Shown here: positions 44,566-60,362 of the stretch, one piece after another
Layout: every line of letters begins with the position of its first letter
How positions within the stretch are numbered: position 1 is the first letter of the stretch
Origin: Azolla caroliniana
Taxonomy: Eukaryota > Plantae > Polypodiophyta
Length of the DNA: 64,000 nt
Reading direction: 5' to 3'
Assembly: GCA_043228905.1 (NCBI GenBank)
Contig: JBHGNT010000010.1
Span: forward strand, 3,844,001 to 3,908,000
Position numbers and translations under genes: made by a program
Notes under the pieces: generated by a model
Database searches by the model: none
Told to the model about the DNA's origin: nothing
Seen by the model: only the letters and a program-made list of their open reading frames with translations

Positions 44566-47500
44566 TGTATCAAATCTTATCCTCACAATTGGGATTGAAT
44601 TCCATGAGTATTTTAAGATATCTTTCTTCCTCTATGATGAACAACATTAAATAAAAACCTTGCACAATTTAAGACCCACTTACTATTAACTACTGCTCAC
44701 TACTACTACAATTACTACTACTATTGTGGAGAACATGGTTACCAATTTCAACGCTTTTGTCATCATCATCACTATCATTTGTCAATAATCAAGCTCAATA
44801 AGACAAAACAAAAACCTACCACACATGTCCTCGAGTAGAGTGGACTTATTCCGGCTCTATCTAAACCCATCCCCAAGCCCAAGTGCCCACCATCACGTTG
44901 GTCCTCGGTTATTTGAATGTCCTAACACCCATAAAACAAACAAGCATAAAGAATTTGGTGGAAACTCACCTGATTCCTGACCATGGCATTAACATTTACA
45001 TGTTAAAAAATAATCGAAAAGAGTGTATGTGTCCTCATACTGGTGAAGGGTTTTATAGGGACATGTGGAAATTGATGTGGCACCCTTATTCTCGTTGTCG
45101 TGCCACTTGTGTAAACTCTATACTCCTCAATGCTCCACACGCAGAGTTCATTTGTAGAAATAAATTGGCACACACTGGCTTGCACATAGACATACACATA
45201 TGCACAAGCCTTTGTAGAGAGCCATGCATATCGTACCTATTTTTTCAAGTCTTTTGGACAACCATATATATCTACGTTGTTCTTACTGGGGAGATGGTTT
45301 TCATTGAAAACATTTGCCTCTTTTCAAAACAAAGAAAGCTACACAAAGTTGTCACACTAACCATGGTCTAATGGTCTCCTTGAGAGAAACCCCTCCCAAC
45401 AAAAACAATGGTCATGAAGTCGAATTGGTGTGAAAATTTTCGAATCCTAAAATGGTTACAATAATTAGGATCCATGGATGCCTATATAGGGTCCAAATAA
45501 AAATGATGTAATGTCTCCGACTACGAATGGAGTTGCCCTTGATATAACATTAACATCGCGTTGATTCCTTGTTTACATCCTCCACATCCATCATGTGCCA
45601 AGAAGATCATTAAGACTTGATTTTACAAAAGGTGAAATCTACATGGCATATGGATGATGATCGGGGAGTTTTTTGTGACCAATTAATGCAAATGATTATG
45701 AGATGAGTTATGTAAAGTTTAGTGCGACATATCTCAAATTGCACTAAGTTTTGGTCCCAATGTGTCGACATGTGACTTCAAAATACAACAATATTTGGAA
45801 CGGAAAAATAAGGCCCCCCCTCCCCCCCTTTCTGTGGTTTTGGACTTGTACATACCCAGGATTAAAAGGCCGGATATATGAATCATCCCTTAGGTAGCCC
45901 ATGGTTCCAACATGCTATGGATGATGAGCCAAACTTACAAGAAAAAGGAAGAAGAACAAACCACAAAGCCAAGCTATTAAAAACCATTGTCCAAAAAACT
46001 TGGAATTAATCAAAATCAAAGGCCAACAATTTTGCTCCAGATTAACCTTAATACACAATTAAGTACTTGCACTTGCAGGAACAAAAGAACACGTAACTCA
46101 TGGTATATGTGTTAACATGACATCCTATTTCCAAGCATGTATTTTGTAAGCTTGATTCCTTTGTGGGTTTCTCAACTCTTCTTTAAAAATTCCAAAGACA
46201 ATATGAGTGTATGTATTACATATTGATGTGTGTACATGGAAATAAAACTATGAAGGGAGCATCGTGCATGTATCTCAAACAATGTATTTGTTCCCAATGT
46301 AAATACATTGTTTTTAAACATGTCCACATCAAGCTTTAGGTTGTAAATTAGATCCACAAACATATTGGCCATGTGGTTAGTGCCAAAGTTGATGCTTTGA
46401 AAACATTAATGCTATGTGTTCCAAGTCTAAAACAATGAGACCGACTAAGATTGCGCTCATTGTAAAAGGCAATCACGTTTAGTTTGAGGTGAGCCATTAA
46501 AAAAAAACTATCATCTTTTCAATTTGAGAGAAACTAAACATTTCATCTCTTTAGTATTATCTAGACCATTTCCTCTCAAATAATTCATGAGCAATTTTTC
46601 TGCAAACATTATGTTCATTGTAGATCAATTTGAAATTATCAACTCCCTAATACTTTTCTCCTATGGGAGATTTAACAAATTCAGTTACAAGGTGGTCGAA
46701 AAGGACAACATTGTCTTTCCAAAGGCACCACTAAACACTCAGCTAACAACTTTTAAAGGTAGCCCTAATTTTTTGAACACATGTTAATTGATATAGTAGA
46801 TTGGCTTTGTTGGGTACACTTACTCGACTAGTTTCACCAATAAATAGTATAATTATTGTGATGGAAGGTGTAAAGACAACCTAAGTATGCGCCTTGAATT
46901 CAGAGCAATTTGGTTTTCTTAAGGAAGAGTTTTTTAACTTTTCCCTTTACTTGCATCAATTTGAGGAAGCATGAAAGCAATAACAAAATTTCTATTTGTT
47001 TTTCTAATTACTTCACGATGTTCTAGGCAATAGTAGAGTGCACATAGACTTCCATTAACATATTCCTTGAGACGACATAACCAACTTGCAATGTTTTAAT
47101 ATATTGTTCATGAACCATTTGTAAACCTCTGTGTGCCGAACAATGTTGATATCAGTACATATATATGTATATATACAATGATCAATGTTAATACTGCCAT
47201 ATACATAATGTTATATGATGCACGTAATGCAAATGTCCAAAACAATCGTGTAATTCATTTCCAATATCGAAAAGAGCAACCGTTCTTCTTTACCATCCTT
47301 GAAACAATAACATGACATCAAAAAGAGCACAAATTTGACCTTGACCGACTTTTATCCTTAAAGGCATGTATTTGAATCATTTCCTTATTCCAAAAGTTTC
47401 AAACATGAACAAAGCTCATATCATCGTTGTCCAATAGTTATACTTCGAAAATGGATTCGAAGTGTTTGACTCCAGTGAAAAGAAGTATTGTATTGAGCAT

Positions 47501-49002
47501 TGAACTATTTGCCACGTACATCCTTCCAAAAGTCTTATAGAAACCTATTGCTTAGAACATAAATTGGATTTCCATACACAATTTTCTTGTACGCCACATT
47601 CAAAACCATAAAAAAACAAGGATATGTAATTTTAGCCAAGAAATATAAAAGCTGTATATGATGATTTATATAATTTGCAACTAGGGAAAATATTCACATT
47701 ATAAGCTCCTCACTCACTTCCCTTTGTAGCATGATGCATATGAAGTTATAAAATTGAGAGAGGACCGAGGACAAGTAGATTTATGAATATGAGTTGGGCC
47801 CTAGTCCATGGCGATGGTTAAACTTCGGAGAGAGAGGAAGATCTACTTGTTTTATGACCTTCTTGAGTGTAATGTATATTATATTTGGTTCATCACATCA
47901 TGGAAGTATATTCACGACTTCCTCAACCACGTCACATATTCATTATTCAACCAGAAGCCGCCCATCCATAGATATATGTCTTGTCCAACATTTGTGTCTA
48001 TAATTACAAACTTACAACCCCATACACATGTATCTAGAATGATGAATTGACTAGTCTAAGGATATGAGACTTTGAAATCAATCTCACTTGGAGAGATCCA
48101 TGTTTTGTTTAATTTTGATGTTATTTTTGTGTCACATGTAATACAATTGTGCATTATAAAGCTTGGAGACTTTATTTACAAAATGTAAAATTGGTGACAT
48201 TTTTTTATTTTTTTTCCAAAAAAAATACTACTTCCATTAGTTAAGAAAAAGTACATAGGATAATATACAACTCATATGTTACAAGCCAATTTGAATGGCT
48301 ACAAGAAAACAACATGTATAAAGGAAACAACAAAGCCTCAACACAGTATTACTCGACAGAATCCCCTCTATATCACCAAAACCAGTGACACTTATATATC
48401 ACCAAATTGATATGTTTGCATGCATAAAACATTGATAACATTGATGACTTTCATGATTTTATTAATGATGTCAACATAATTGTTGTCTACGATTTTTACA
48501 TATAAGTTTTCCCAATGTATGACAGAGAGAATTTTGGGCCTAAGGTTCATTAGAGAACATTGTAGCGTAAAAAGCACTATTATTAATTTCCTAATTATAA
48601 CTATAAAATCTAGGTTCAATGTAACCAACCGCTTAGGGTTTAGACTAGGAAGCAAATTCATTGTGTCAACATTTTTGGTGAGCTAGAGCTGTCTATTGTG
48701 TTGCCAATATTGATCAAACAATGGCATAAGAGTTAGGGTTACACAAGATTTCATCAAATTCATGAAGACCTAAATGATTCAACGTCATGACTATGTGAAA
48801 AGATTGCAAACAATGACAAGATCACAATAATAATGCAACTACTCAAGACACAATAAGATAGTACATGGATTCAATGGTTAATGCAAAGAAGGAAACCTTA
48901 CTGATAACAATATTATATAGTACAGGAACTATTTTTTTTCTTTTTGTTTTATAATATTGTAATAAGCTTACTCTAGAGGTAAGTTGTTAAACTAATAGCA
49001 CT

Positions 49003-50420
49003 TTGGAGACGCACGGTGGCTTTAGGAGGAGCCTAGGAGGTCCCATTCCCTCCCCTCAAGGGAGCCATGAAAATGCGGAGATTGCTAGCTGAGGCAGTTG
49101 ATAGGGTTCTGATGGGGGAGGTGAGAGAAGATGTTTGGTTTGGTCTCTTTGATGAGGCTGTAAGGGTTAAGGCGTTGAAGGGCATGAGCGGATCGGGAAG
49201 AGATAAGAGTTTTGGGGAGAGTCAAGTAGGGGCTCTTGGCACCCTATCCGCGTGGTGGCGCAGGTTGGTAACATCTGGAAGACAGACCCGGATGTTGCTA
49301 AGGTGGAACACCATTGGAAGTTATGGGTATATGGTTGTCGTCCCCTCGTCAAACTAGAATGGGACCCAGGGGATTTCAGGTGGAAACATGATGGCAGATT
49401 TCGCCATTTCTTTGAGTACAACACTAAACTAGGTCGGGCTTTTCAACTGCAGCTAGACGGCCCCTTACGCAATGGCTGGCGTACATTGGGCATCCCTGAT
49501 GAGGTGCTCATTACCTTTTGGAAGGGTCTTTGGCGTCTCCACTTACCGTCAAGAATCGGTCATAATGTGGTTCCCGTCAAGAATGGCTAGGTAAACATGG
49601 TGGCCCGTTAGGTTGCCCACTTTGCCATTCACCTATTGAGACTCTGAGGCATTGTCTGTGGGATTGCCCTCACGCTCAAAAGGTATGGGATAGAGTGACT
49701 CGCCTGCTTGCGGCATGTGAAGTGGAAGGAACAACATCGTGGAGTGCTGTGGCATGGCTTGATCACTCTGTTGATAGGTGGATGGATGCCTTCAATGCGG
49801 ATAGTTGGTGCTATGTATGCATGAGAGGAAAAATCGCCAAGATTCGATTTGAGAGAGGCTTGCAGTCCACATCCCCTAGGTTCCCAGACATTTGGATGCT
49901 AATCGCAGGCTTCACCTTGTGGTATGTATGGAAAGCGCGTTGCCTAAAGGTCTTCTAGGATCTGGTGTGGCCCCTGGAGGAAGTGATCATGGACATGTGG
50001 TTTGCGCTTATTAGCTGCCTACGAGGGCAATTGGACGAGGTTTGTAGCCATTCCTCTGACGTGGGTACATCCCATTTGCGCTTTTGGCAGAAATGGTGGA
50101 ACACGCCTATGGTGACGCAAGGAGGAAGTGGCCCAAGGTGGAACTACCAGCCCCCACGGTGGTTGTTTTCGGCTCACTTACCACCCTCCCTTTGTTGTCG
50201 ACCCCAAGAGTTGTCTCGTACTAGCCAATACTGCAGGGCACTGTTTTAGTTGTAGGTACTTACACTAAGTAGTCAGTCCGAAAGGCGATGTAACTAGTCT
50301 CAATTTCTTGAACTTGATCAGAGGGAGATTCCCCGATCTATGTTTAAGCCTCCTTGTACAGTCTCTTTGTAATAATCCTACCTAACTAATGAGAAAGTAG
50401 CTTCATTTTGGGAAAAAAAA
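49003..50420 (+). mobile_element. 5'-truncated, decayed L1-clade LINE (3' end of ORF2 plus polyA)
   Basis: zf-RVT motif CPLCHSPIETLRHCLWDCPHAQKVW (~49613-49688), TLWYVWKARCLKVF, polyA at 50413-50422. TSD AATAGCACT at 48994-49002 and 50421-50429. Confidence 0.85.
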
Positions 50421-50602
50421 AATAGCACTATGTCTTGTGTTTGAAACCCAATTTTCTCACCTCTCTATTACTCCTTACTTATATCTTAATTTACTAGATG
50501 CCATCGTGGAATGCTTACCAATTTAGACGCACACTGCAAATGCTTACCAACTGAGCTACATCCATCTAGGCTCTCTCTCTCTAGCCTATGGGTCAATATT
50601 GG

Positions 50603-50684
<82 letters not shown>

Positions 50685-53600
50685 TGCAAAGCTCAAATCT
50701 AAAATCATAATATGTGGAATCATTAGGTAATTTCATTGTGATTAATGTTTCCATCAAATTCCATACTATGTGGAATTATTAGGCAATTTCGTTAGGATGC
50801 CCTTATTGACATGGTTCTCACAATGAACATAGGTTCCATGTTTAAATAAGTTAGCATGTTGAGATACATTGGCGTTCCTTTACTATGTCATATACAAAAT
50901 AGTGTTGGAAGTTTGTTAATAAACTTTTAAGGTGTTTTTGTTAACACTATAAAAAAAACACATGATTTGAACACTTGCTTGATTATCAATAAACATGCTA
51001 ACAACCCAACCAAGTTACTATCGTGAACTTGGCGCATGCTTCGGTCTTATATTCAGAAGGAACAATCTACTTGAGAAATAATATTTCCTTGTTGGAATCT
51101 AAACATAATGCTATAACTTTTGAGTCATTTATACATGTATGGTTTTCCAGCTTGAGTTCATTTACAGATTGTAGCATTACACAATAAGACTTTTCTCATT
51201 AGATTAAGGAAGCAAGTTAGATTGATGTAAATATTTAATAGACGAAAAGGGTTCTTTTAACATATGAATATAGAGAGCAAGGATCAATGAGCTTTTGGAG
51301 CAAGGAGGCCTTCGCTAACTGAGAAAGTACGGAAACGAGGTGAGCAATGATGAGAATGAATGACAATTAGTGTACACACTTGTGGAATGACACCACAAAG
51401 TAGGATCAAGGACTGCTAGGGTGCCACCTAATAGTCTTGACATTTAGTGAAGACAACACAAAAGAAAAGATAGAGGATATCCTTGCTATCATATGATAAT
51501 GAGCAGAAGATCTCTCAAAGACATAATGGAAAGAGACCTTCCCTAACTTAGCTTAAGCATAGGAATGTGAAGGGCCCAATCCCTACACAACAATTGTATA
51601 TTTAATGTTGGTTGGATACCGATTGCAATCTATGAGACGGAGCCTAGCCCATGCCAAGGATAAAACCTAGGTTCTCTCAAATTTGACAAATAAAAATAGA
51701 CTATATTCTAAGAAAGTTTCGTCAAGACTTAATCCATAATCCTCTTACATCAAGGTCTTTGTTCATACCACCAATTTAGACTAAATTAGTTATAATAAAG
51801 TCAATATAAATTATAAATGTACTTAAAAAGCTTTTCAAGTGCCATGCATGAATTGAACAAACAATAGTATATAAGAACCTCACATCAAATAGATGAAGAT
51901 CATCATGAAAGAAATATCCGAAGGATTATTATAGTGAGATTATATTTGACAATAAGTATGAAGATGTTACATTGATTTATTGTTAAGATCTTCTCTATCT
52001 TCTTTTTCTCTATTCAAAATATAACCAACAAAATGGAGGTCATTTTCTCTTTTGAGGGATTGAGATTGCATTGTCATTGGAATATGCTTAGTGCTTTCAT
52101 GTTAGATGGTACACACGGAATTAGGGCATCGCTATGGAAGTTGAAGGGTGATCAATAAGGAAACTCTATGGAGCATGTGGAAATTCTCTCTCCTCGATGA
52201 TGTGTTCTTGCGCATTGACGCTTCAACATGTCCCATAACTACCCACAAAACATTGAGCGACATTAGTTGTAATAAGTGTTTTTCAAGTGCAAATCTCATT
52301 GTCGTGTATATTCAAAAAAAGAAAGAGAGGAAGTCATATATATTGTGTATGAGAATTCGTCTTGGAAGTTCCATTTTTATCTCTTTGAGAGCAAGAGGAA
52401 AATATCTCCAATAGAAAGAATCCCTCATGAAGCTTTATTTTGTCTATGAGGAAGCTCTATTTTGTCTCTATGTCCCCATATGTGCTTGAGACCAAGAGGA
52501 AAACATCTCCCAGAGAGAGAGAGAGAGAGAGAATGTCTTCTAAGACCAAATTTGGCCCATGAGACAATTGGTTACAATAATGGGATATGTACCCAATCAT
52601 AAAAAAAACAATAACAATGTGTTATAATGGAATCTAGTTGGAACTCAACTTGGGATCATCGTGATCTTCACCCAATTTTGATCGACAACTTGCTCTCGTC
52701 GATTCTCCCAGATAATAGAACAATGATTTTAAGTACAAAGTAAGTGTCTTGACTATATTATTTAAAATGCCTCTCAATATTGTGACCCTTTTCTAAAGTT
52801 AATATATTATTTCTTCGAATTACAAGTGGTAGTTTGTAAATTGTGTGTTTTGGGATACTAAGCACTCCTCCCCCCATTAAAAATAAACTCTTATATGCAT
52901 TTGTAATATGTTGAACTCATACTTAGGCAATATATTAGGTTAGTTTAGTCTAGCCACTTCCTCATTAAAATGAATATGTCATCCTATACAATTGTTTGGG
53001 AGCTGGATCCAAGATTTTATTCCTCCATACATGCTCTCCTCATTCGAGGGAACCTAGGCTTTCTAATCAAAGCCTATGAACTTACTATCTTCGATATTAT
53101 TTTGGTGCACATGGTAAAAATTCACCATAAATTACACATCAAACAAAATCTACACGACATAGGCTATTCTCCAATGGAATTTTGGAATGAAGCCTTATTT
53201 AGATTTGAGTAAAAGTGTCTCATTGCTTTGTAACTTTTGGATTTAAGAGAGTTCCCTAAGCCAGTCTAGTACTCTAAATGTTCACAGTGTCGGAAACAAA
53301 AAGCTATGCCAAATTTTTAAAATACCATCATTTGAAATTTGAGGAATTATTTGATGGTAGCAAATTTTAAGGTTTCTCTTCTTGATTCTCTCAAACATGA
53401 TTGATCTTTAAGCTCATAATTAAAAGCTGATTTCCAAACATTACAAGTAATAGGTGTGCAAATTACATAAGTGGGTTTTTTCTCAAATGTTTCTCTATAA
53501 GATTTATATGGAGCTATTTAAAAGAAGGGCATTGCCCAAGGTATTTTACTCTCTAGAAGAATTGAAACTTGCAAATTTGGACTAGTCTCTAGTCATAGTT

Positions 53601-55931
53601 CTAGCCCTAGTTCTAGTTCAACATATGAAGGTCGCTATCTATCTATCTATCTATCTAATACTCATTCGGAGTTTGTATGCATGTGAATAACAAGTCTCAA
53701 TATGAAATATTGCATAGATGATGAAAAAAGAAAATGGCTTTTTCTAGAATGTAAAAGGAGGTTTTTAGTGAAATTTAAGAATAGAAATGAACAAAATGGA
53801 ATTAGATGCTAGAAAATTATTAATTAAGTTAAAGTAAAAAATACAAAAAATTTAAATGTTAAAAAGAAATCCAAGAGAATAAGGAAAAGGAAATAAAACT
53901 ACAAAAAAGGGGGGGGAATAAAAAATAAATATGAAAAAGTAAAAGCAAATTAATTTTAAGCCAAAAATGAAAAGAAGAAAATATAATTAAAAAATATAAA
54001 TAAAAAGAACATTATCATTTTTTGTCCAAAGAGGAAAAGAAGGCTGAAGTATAAGTAGTGGTATTAGTAGTAGCTGTTGCAATAGCAGTTGCAATAGGAG
54101 GAAAGTGAGAGACATTGTTGGGAGAACTTGGGACGTGTCGGAATGTGTATGTGTGTTGCCCGTGGGTTCACATGGGTGGGGGGGGACAATGGAGCACACC
54201 CTAAGGCTAAGGCTAAGCCTAAGGCCCCTCTTAAGGATCATGTCATGTCCTTACATCATGCTCTACTCATTTCCACACCTATAGAGAGACATACAAACTC
54301 TAGAAAGAGAACTTCCAACACTTGAAATCTCATAGAATTACATGGCATCACATGCTCATACATATGCGTTTTTTGGCTTTCGCTTTTTAACAAGACCTTG
54401 AAATCTCCCTACACTGACTGGACCTTGTTTCACCCGCATCGGTTGCACCAATCCCAATCTCGATGTGTTGTCGATTAAGAAACAGAACTCTCGAGAGAAA
54501 TAGCTCATCACCAAGAGTACGATTTGTCCACAACAAGAAGAACAAGAACAAGGATGCACTACCTTCAGAAAGGCTATTCAACATCGGTTTAGGCAATGAT
54601 CGTCAAAGTTTGGCTCATACTTGCTATGACATCTAGGTGAACATTCTCATGTTGTTTCAAGCAAATAAGCGAATTGGGCTCACAAGTTCACATAGAATAA
54701 AAGAGGAACAAAGAATTCCATGTTTGTACAACATTCATTTAACATGGACATTGGTTGTCCCTCACACCTAGACCTTGATTTCATGGAGGTTGATACATTG
54801 CATATGATCTCTCTTATGTGCTCATCCATCATATCTTCATTACAACAGCTTTGAGACTACATAAAATTTTGTCACCACCTAGTTACTTTCAAGCTTCAAT
54901 CAAATAGAGCAATAGCATTTTCCCATTCATATTTAAGAGTTTCTATGTTGTTTCCTCGTAAAATTTACCAAAATTGCATTTTTATGCTATTAAAAGACTC
55001 ATCTCTTCTTGAGATTGTGAGTCAATCTTAGGGTCGACAAATTATTATTTTAGGTTTAATTAAGATGGGCGGATATGTTCCTATTTTAGGCTTCACTCAA
55101 TCCTACTTTTTGCTCACACCCCAAAGTTAATGAATTCATACGTGTTCTTGTGAATCATGGCTTACATATAATTTGTACTCAAGTGCCTTTCAGTATAATT
55201 ACATGAACAAGCACCTTGCATTATCCTAACTTCCCCAACCTTGAAGGGTCCTCTATTGACAACAAAACTCTCTCTAAGAGTTATTGAGAGAAAAGAGTAC
55301 TCTTTACCTGTAAGAAGAAGAAGAGGAATGAGGATGAACTACATTCCAAAGGGCAAATGCATCTAGAAAGAACACTTTCGTGTTGTTTTGAGCAACGCAC
55401 AACGGGATAAACAATTTCATGTTAGTATACCATTTATTAAATATGGACATTGGTTGGCCTTTGAAGCAATCTAACATTATCATGGATTTGTGGAATGTCT
55501 TGAGTTCTCTCTTATGGACTCATCTATCATTTCCATATTACCAAAGCTTTAGTTTGTGGTACTTCTTATTCATTTCCAAAGTCAATGATCTTATATGTGC
55601 TCTTGTGAATCAAGGCTTACATACAATTGGTACTCAAGTGCCTTTGATGATGTTCCATCATTTTAAGTCTAGTTACATGAACAACAATCTTTATGCAACT
55701 TATTGGTGGCATTTTGGGTGAAATTTTGCTCATAACAATTGGGAAAATGGATATTCGAAAGACCTAAAACTACTAGCCTTGGAAAAGCTCGACACACTTT
55801 TTAAACATTCAGCCTTATGAGAGCTGTCTTCTGAGGTTAGAAAACTTTTCTTTCCCAAAAATACTTTATAAAAGTTCATGCACAAGACCATTTCAACCAA
55901 ATTGAGTAGTTGGATCTATGGTACCAAAAAA

Positions 55932-56360
55932 GAGAATTCTTTCCTCCATCTAAGTTAAGACATTATTTGCAACATGTAAATTGTGCCATTCTATTTTCTA
56001 CGGATCCAATTGGACTTTATAGTCCACATGCTAGGTTAATCAATCCATTTAGTTGACTAGGTGGAGGTCCTTACCAATAGAAAATTATTCATGTATGATG
56101 TGTCCATTATTATATATCCATTCACATGTCACAAATGAGAATTGTTTCCTCCGTCTAAGGTAAGACGTTATTGGCAACATGTAAATCATGTCATTATATT
56201 TTCCATGGATCCGACCGGACTTTATGGACCACATGCGAGGTTAGTCAATACATTAAGTTGTCTAGGTCAAGGTTTTTACAAGTAGAAAATTATTCATCCA
56301 TGTAAACTACGGCAACCACATTCCGTTGATTTGTCTATTATTATATATTCATTCACATGT
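55932..56360 (+). repeat. Diverged tandem duplication, 2 x ~205-225 bp
   Basis: Units start GAGAATT..TTCCTCC at 55932 and 56137 and share GCAACATGTAAAT, GGACTTTAT, TAGAAAATTATTCAT and CATTCACATGT. Confidence 0.85.
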
Positions 56361-59300
56361 GCATCCTAGTAAATATTCTATAATCCAAATTATCCCAACC
56401 AAACCCTCAACAACCTCCAATTATTCCAACACATCAATATTGGGAGCTTAATTTCTAGTTGGCACAAGACATCAACATATGAAGACATATTTTTCGCATT
56501 GATGAATGCATTGGTTGTAATGAAATTCCAAGACCAAGTAGTTTTAGGCAAATGTTCATTCTAGATTTTGGTAAACCAAAATGAATAAGGAAAGCTCATT
56601 CTAGATTGTGATAAACCAAGTGCGATGTTATTATATCATGTCTAGAGATATAAAGTATGGAACCATATAAAGGTCTCATATAAAGGTACATCATGAGAGG
56701 AGGGAAAGGAAGGGGGAGATGAAGGTACATCGTGGTGTACCCTCAATATTGTCACCAATTGTCCATTAGCCAAACAAAAGTTCTCTAACTTGATTTCTTA
56801 ATGCAACTAGGCATAGGGTTTAGATTCTAGACCAACAATTAGTGGGCACATAACTTTAGACCCATATACCAATTTCTATTTCACTTAATTTCATATTCCC
56901 ATGAATACAAGATATCTTGAACTAATCATCAATGGACACATGACACATTAACAATGTGAGATTAGAAAGCACTAGGAGGAACGATATGTGCATGGCAAGG
57001 GGAACAAATAAGAGTAACACATTATGAGAGTAGTGATAGCACAAAAACATAGAAAGTAGTTAAGGAAACGAATAATAATGTTTGAATGAATGCCTATACG
57101 GTGAGGCTAAGGTACAAAGCCCAATGTCATTGCATGTAGAATCTAGATACAAAAAGTTATGTTATGGTAATGGTGCAAAAGAGGGATGGCTGGGTTTGGA
57201 AGGTATATTGTGATGGTGATGTAATGTAAAAGATTATAAATATTTGAAACATATCACATTGAACCCCATATGTGGGGACAAACACATACAAGGATAAACG
57301 ACAAAAACAAATGAAGGGAGGGAGATTATAACTTGTTCTATTCTCGAGGCGATTGCCTAGTGTTTGCTAACGGAAGAGCCGACATTATGTGTGTTATGAT
57401 TTCAGCTCACAAGTCGGAATAATGTCGATGTGAGTTGCACTCTCTACTTTGATCCTCTTCACCATTCATCACAATAGTTAAAAATCCACTTCTACTTTTA
57501 CTATTACTTGTTACTTCTACTTGCATATAACATACCTACCCCTACTTCCTCCATAAAAAGGGGAGCACAAACCCAATCCCAAATTCCAACTCATCATTCC
57601 TTCCTCATTTCATCCTAGTGCTTATCATGGTACCTACCCCTAAGGTTCCGCATTTATTTGTCACTTCACAAGAGAAATTGGCCATATTCCCAGTGCAATT
57701 CCGGCTTTCATCGTGGTATATCTTGAGATGAGATGTAACACTACTGGTGGGCACAAAGTTTCAACAAGCAAGAGAATGTCGACCTTGGATTTGGATGTGG
57801 GAGTTGGTACCCCCAAACCTCCTACCCATACCTACCTAACTAGCTATGTTGTGTCTCAAATTAGAAACTCATAACGATATTCATAAGTATGAAAAGTTGA
57901 TGGCACTGAATGTTACAAGACGCCCACGATATTGAATGCCATTTCTAAGAAGCTCATAGAATTGAACGTTTAAAGGAATATTTAATGAAAGGAGGCTATT
58001 AGATAAAATAAAGAAATAGAAATAGAAATAATTGAAACTCTTGTGTTTACCTTTGTTTTTATCCCTTCCCACAAGTTTTACATTTGCTAATATTGTTGGA
58101 TCCCCTCTATTGGCCACCTAAAAGGATTTTCCCATTCCCTGCATATTTTCAACCACTTGGACCATTCTTTCTAGCATTTAGTCATCATTTCAATGCATAA
58201 ATACCAATTCATTGAATCCACCCCTATTGAACTTTTGGTGCACCCAAAAATTGATAGTACAAATCTTGTTTTGCAAAAGCCCAAATTTGTTATTAGTTGT
58301 TGGCATCTTAGATCTTACTGTTTCAAGCAATGTCCAACATTTTCACATATATTCTTTGATAGGATGCTAAAATCAATGGCCTTTCTATAGGTTATTCCTT
58401 ACCACATATGGTCTATCTAAGGTAGAAGATGAAACAATGGAACTTTGGTGATTTTTTGTCTTCAAAGTTCCCACATAAAGATATTCCCTTTAGATCTTAA
58501 TTGAAAAGAATTAAACTACTCATAAAGCCCATTCACACAAATTATAGAGACTTTATCTTCGTGTTTATGCTAGACACAATAGAGGAATATCTTATTTCAG
58601 CTCCATGAACGCTTGTGCTTATAAACTTTATTGTTATCAACAAGTGCACGTAGTGTATCGAGAGCCTCGAGATTTTAGAGTTGTTCGGCAATTCACCTGG
58701 CACAATCCTCAAAGATAAGTCATTAATGAACGTAATAAAATATAACATGGTAACACATGCATAGTTACCTAACTGTAACTAATTTATAAGGAAGAGAGCC
58801 TTTTCATATACACTTTTATGTACATTACCAATGTAAGAAGATGAGAATGAGAACTTTTATACTTATAAATTATTGAAAAATAAGATGACCTATAAACACA
58901 TGATAAAGATTACATCCTATGATCAATTTCATCAACCACGCTAGCAAAAACCTTGTTATGTAACTACCATGCAAATGTTGGAACAATTTTAGAAAACTTT
59001 AAAAGTATCGGGAGACACTCGACTTTAAGTGGATATGCATTGCGATCAGTGTGCAAGCATTACTTATACATTTTAATGTGAATTTTATATATATACACGC
59101 TCATATTATTCCATCGATTAGGTTTTCTTTTAGTATGATTGTTGACTGTTCCTATTCTCAAAGTCGAAAGTTCTCGTGAAGAGCATGTTTGACGCAAAGG
59201 ACATGAATGGCAATTTAACAAATGTTCTGTATAAAATAATAATTTGATTTACAATTTTACTCTACAAACAATGTGCATGAAAAGGTGTGACCAACAACTT

Positions 59301-60263
59301 GATCCACACGTAGAACCTAATAAGCAAGTATAACCAATCAAACATGCCAGGAAAGATCAAACTACCATAAAATTCAATCACAATGCTATTCATGATGCAT
59401 GGAATTCCTCAATTCTTTGATGAGCATTTAAAGCCACTTCGATTAAATGGTCAACAAAGATATTTAAAAAGACATTTTAGTTTTCGTAGGGTATATATTG
59501 TCAAGGTGACCAACTTACACGAGATGAATCAATTTTGTTAAATTGTAGGTAGCCTGACTTCCTTTCTTGATACTATCGGTTCCACATTAAAAATAATCAA
59601 CATAAAAAGAAATAATCTATGTTAAAGAATCCACAAATTTTTGTTTAGTGTCTCCACTATAAGTGTGCTACGTTCATTGTGTCTATTACTAATATATTGA
59701 TGCATCGTCAATCAATGTATATCATAAGTGTGTTGGTGTACATGTGATCACGCATATTTCGGGTTTATAAAGCGTTTGAGATATAAATGTGAATGCTAAT
59801 GAATATAATAAGACCCGAGGTAAGTGTGAATGCTCCATTTGGTATGCCACCTAGTAAAAGTATATCATCATCCAAAATAGATATATTTGCAAGAGAAAGG
59901 CTAATCTTGCAAAGAACCAAAGTAGTTTATACCAAGGATTGTGTAGATAAGACTTATGTTAAGCAACATGAGGTATAACAATACAACAATTAATCAACAT
60001 TAATACGTGGAAAAGAGTTGGTTTATTTGCTACATTCTATGTGTACTTATATGGAAGCCTAAATCATTTTGTCATTAGGGTATACTGAGTGGGATATCAT
60101 AAAGTATCCATTCCATTCAATATATATTCCCACATTTTTATAGAAGGGTGGACTTTTATGTGTGTTATTAAATGATTGTATTCACATTCAAAAGATGAGT
60201 GGTTAAGCTTGACATCTCAACAAAAGTCACGCCCATTGTGGGGAGTTAGTCATATTGCTCATA

Positions 60264-60362
60264 AAACTCCTAGCTCATAATATGACAATGGATCAAGCTT
60301 GTTTGATCAACATGAAACTCCTAGCTCATAATATGATCATGGATTAAGCTTGTTTGATCAAC
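60264..60362 (+). repeat. Tandem duplication, 2 x ~51 bp
   Basis: AAACTCCTAGCTCATAATATGA...AAGCTTGTTTGATCAAC occurs twice. Confidence 0.9.

Noticed and set aside
46000-47600. Possible Walker A-like GAFGKT remnant on the minus strand near 46715-46735
   Set aside because: An isolated motif among stops with no supporting helicase motifs.
53635-53657. (CTAT)n tract resembling the LINE tail
   Set aside because: The upstream sequence does not match the LINE 3' UTR, so it is treated as a simple microsatellite.
57880-58500. Possible MULE-like remnant (KCKTCG on the minus strand)
   Set aside because: A single short motif; no TIRs or transposase core were recognisable.
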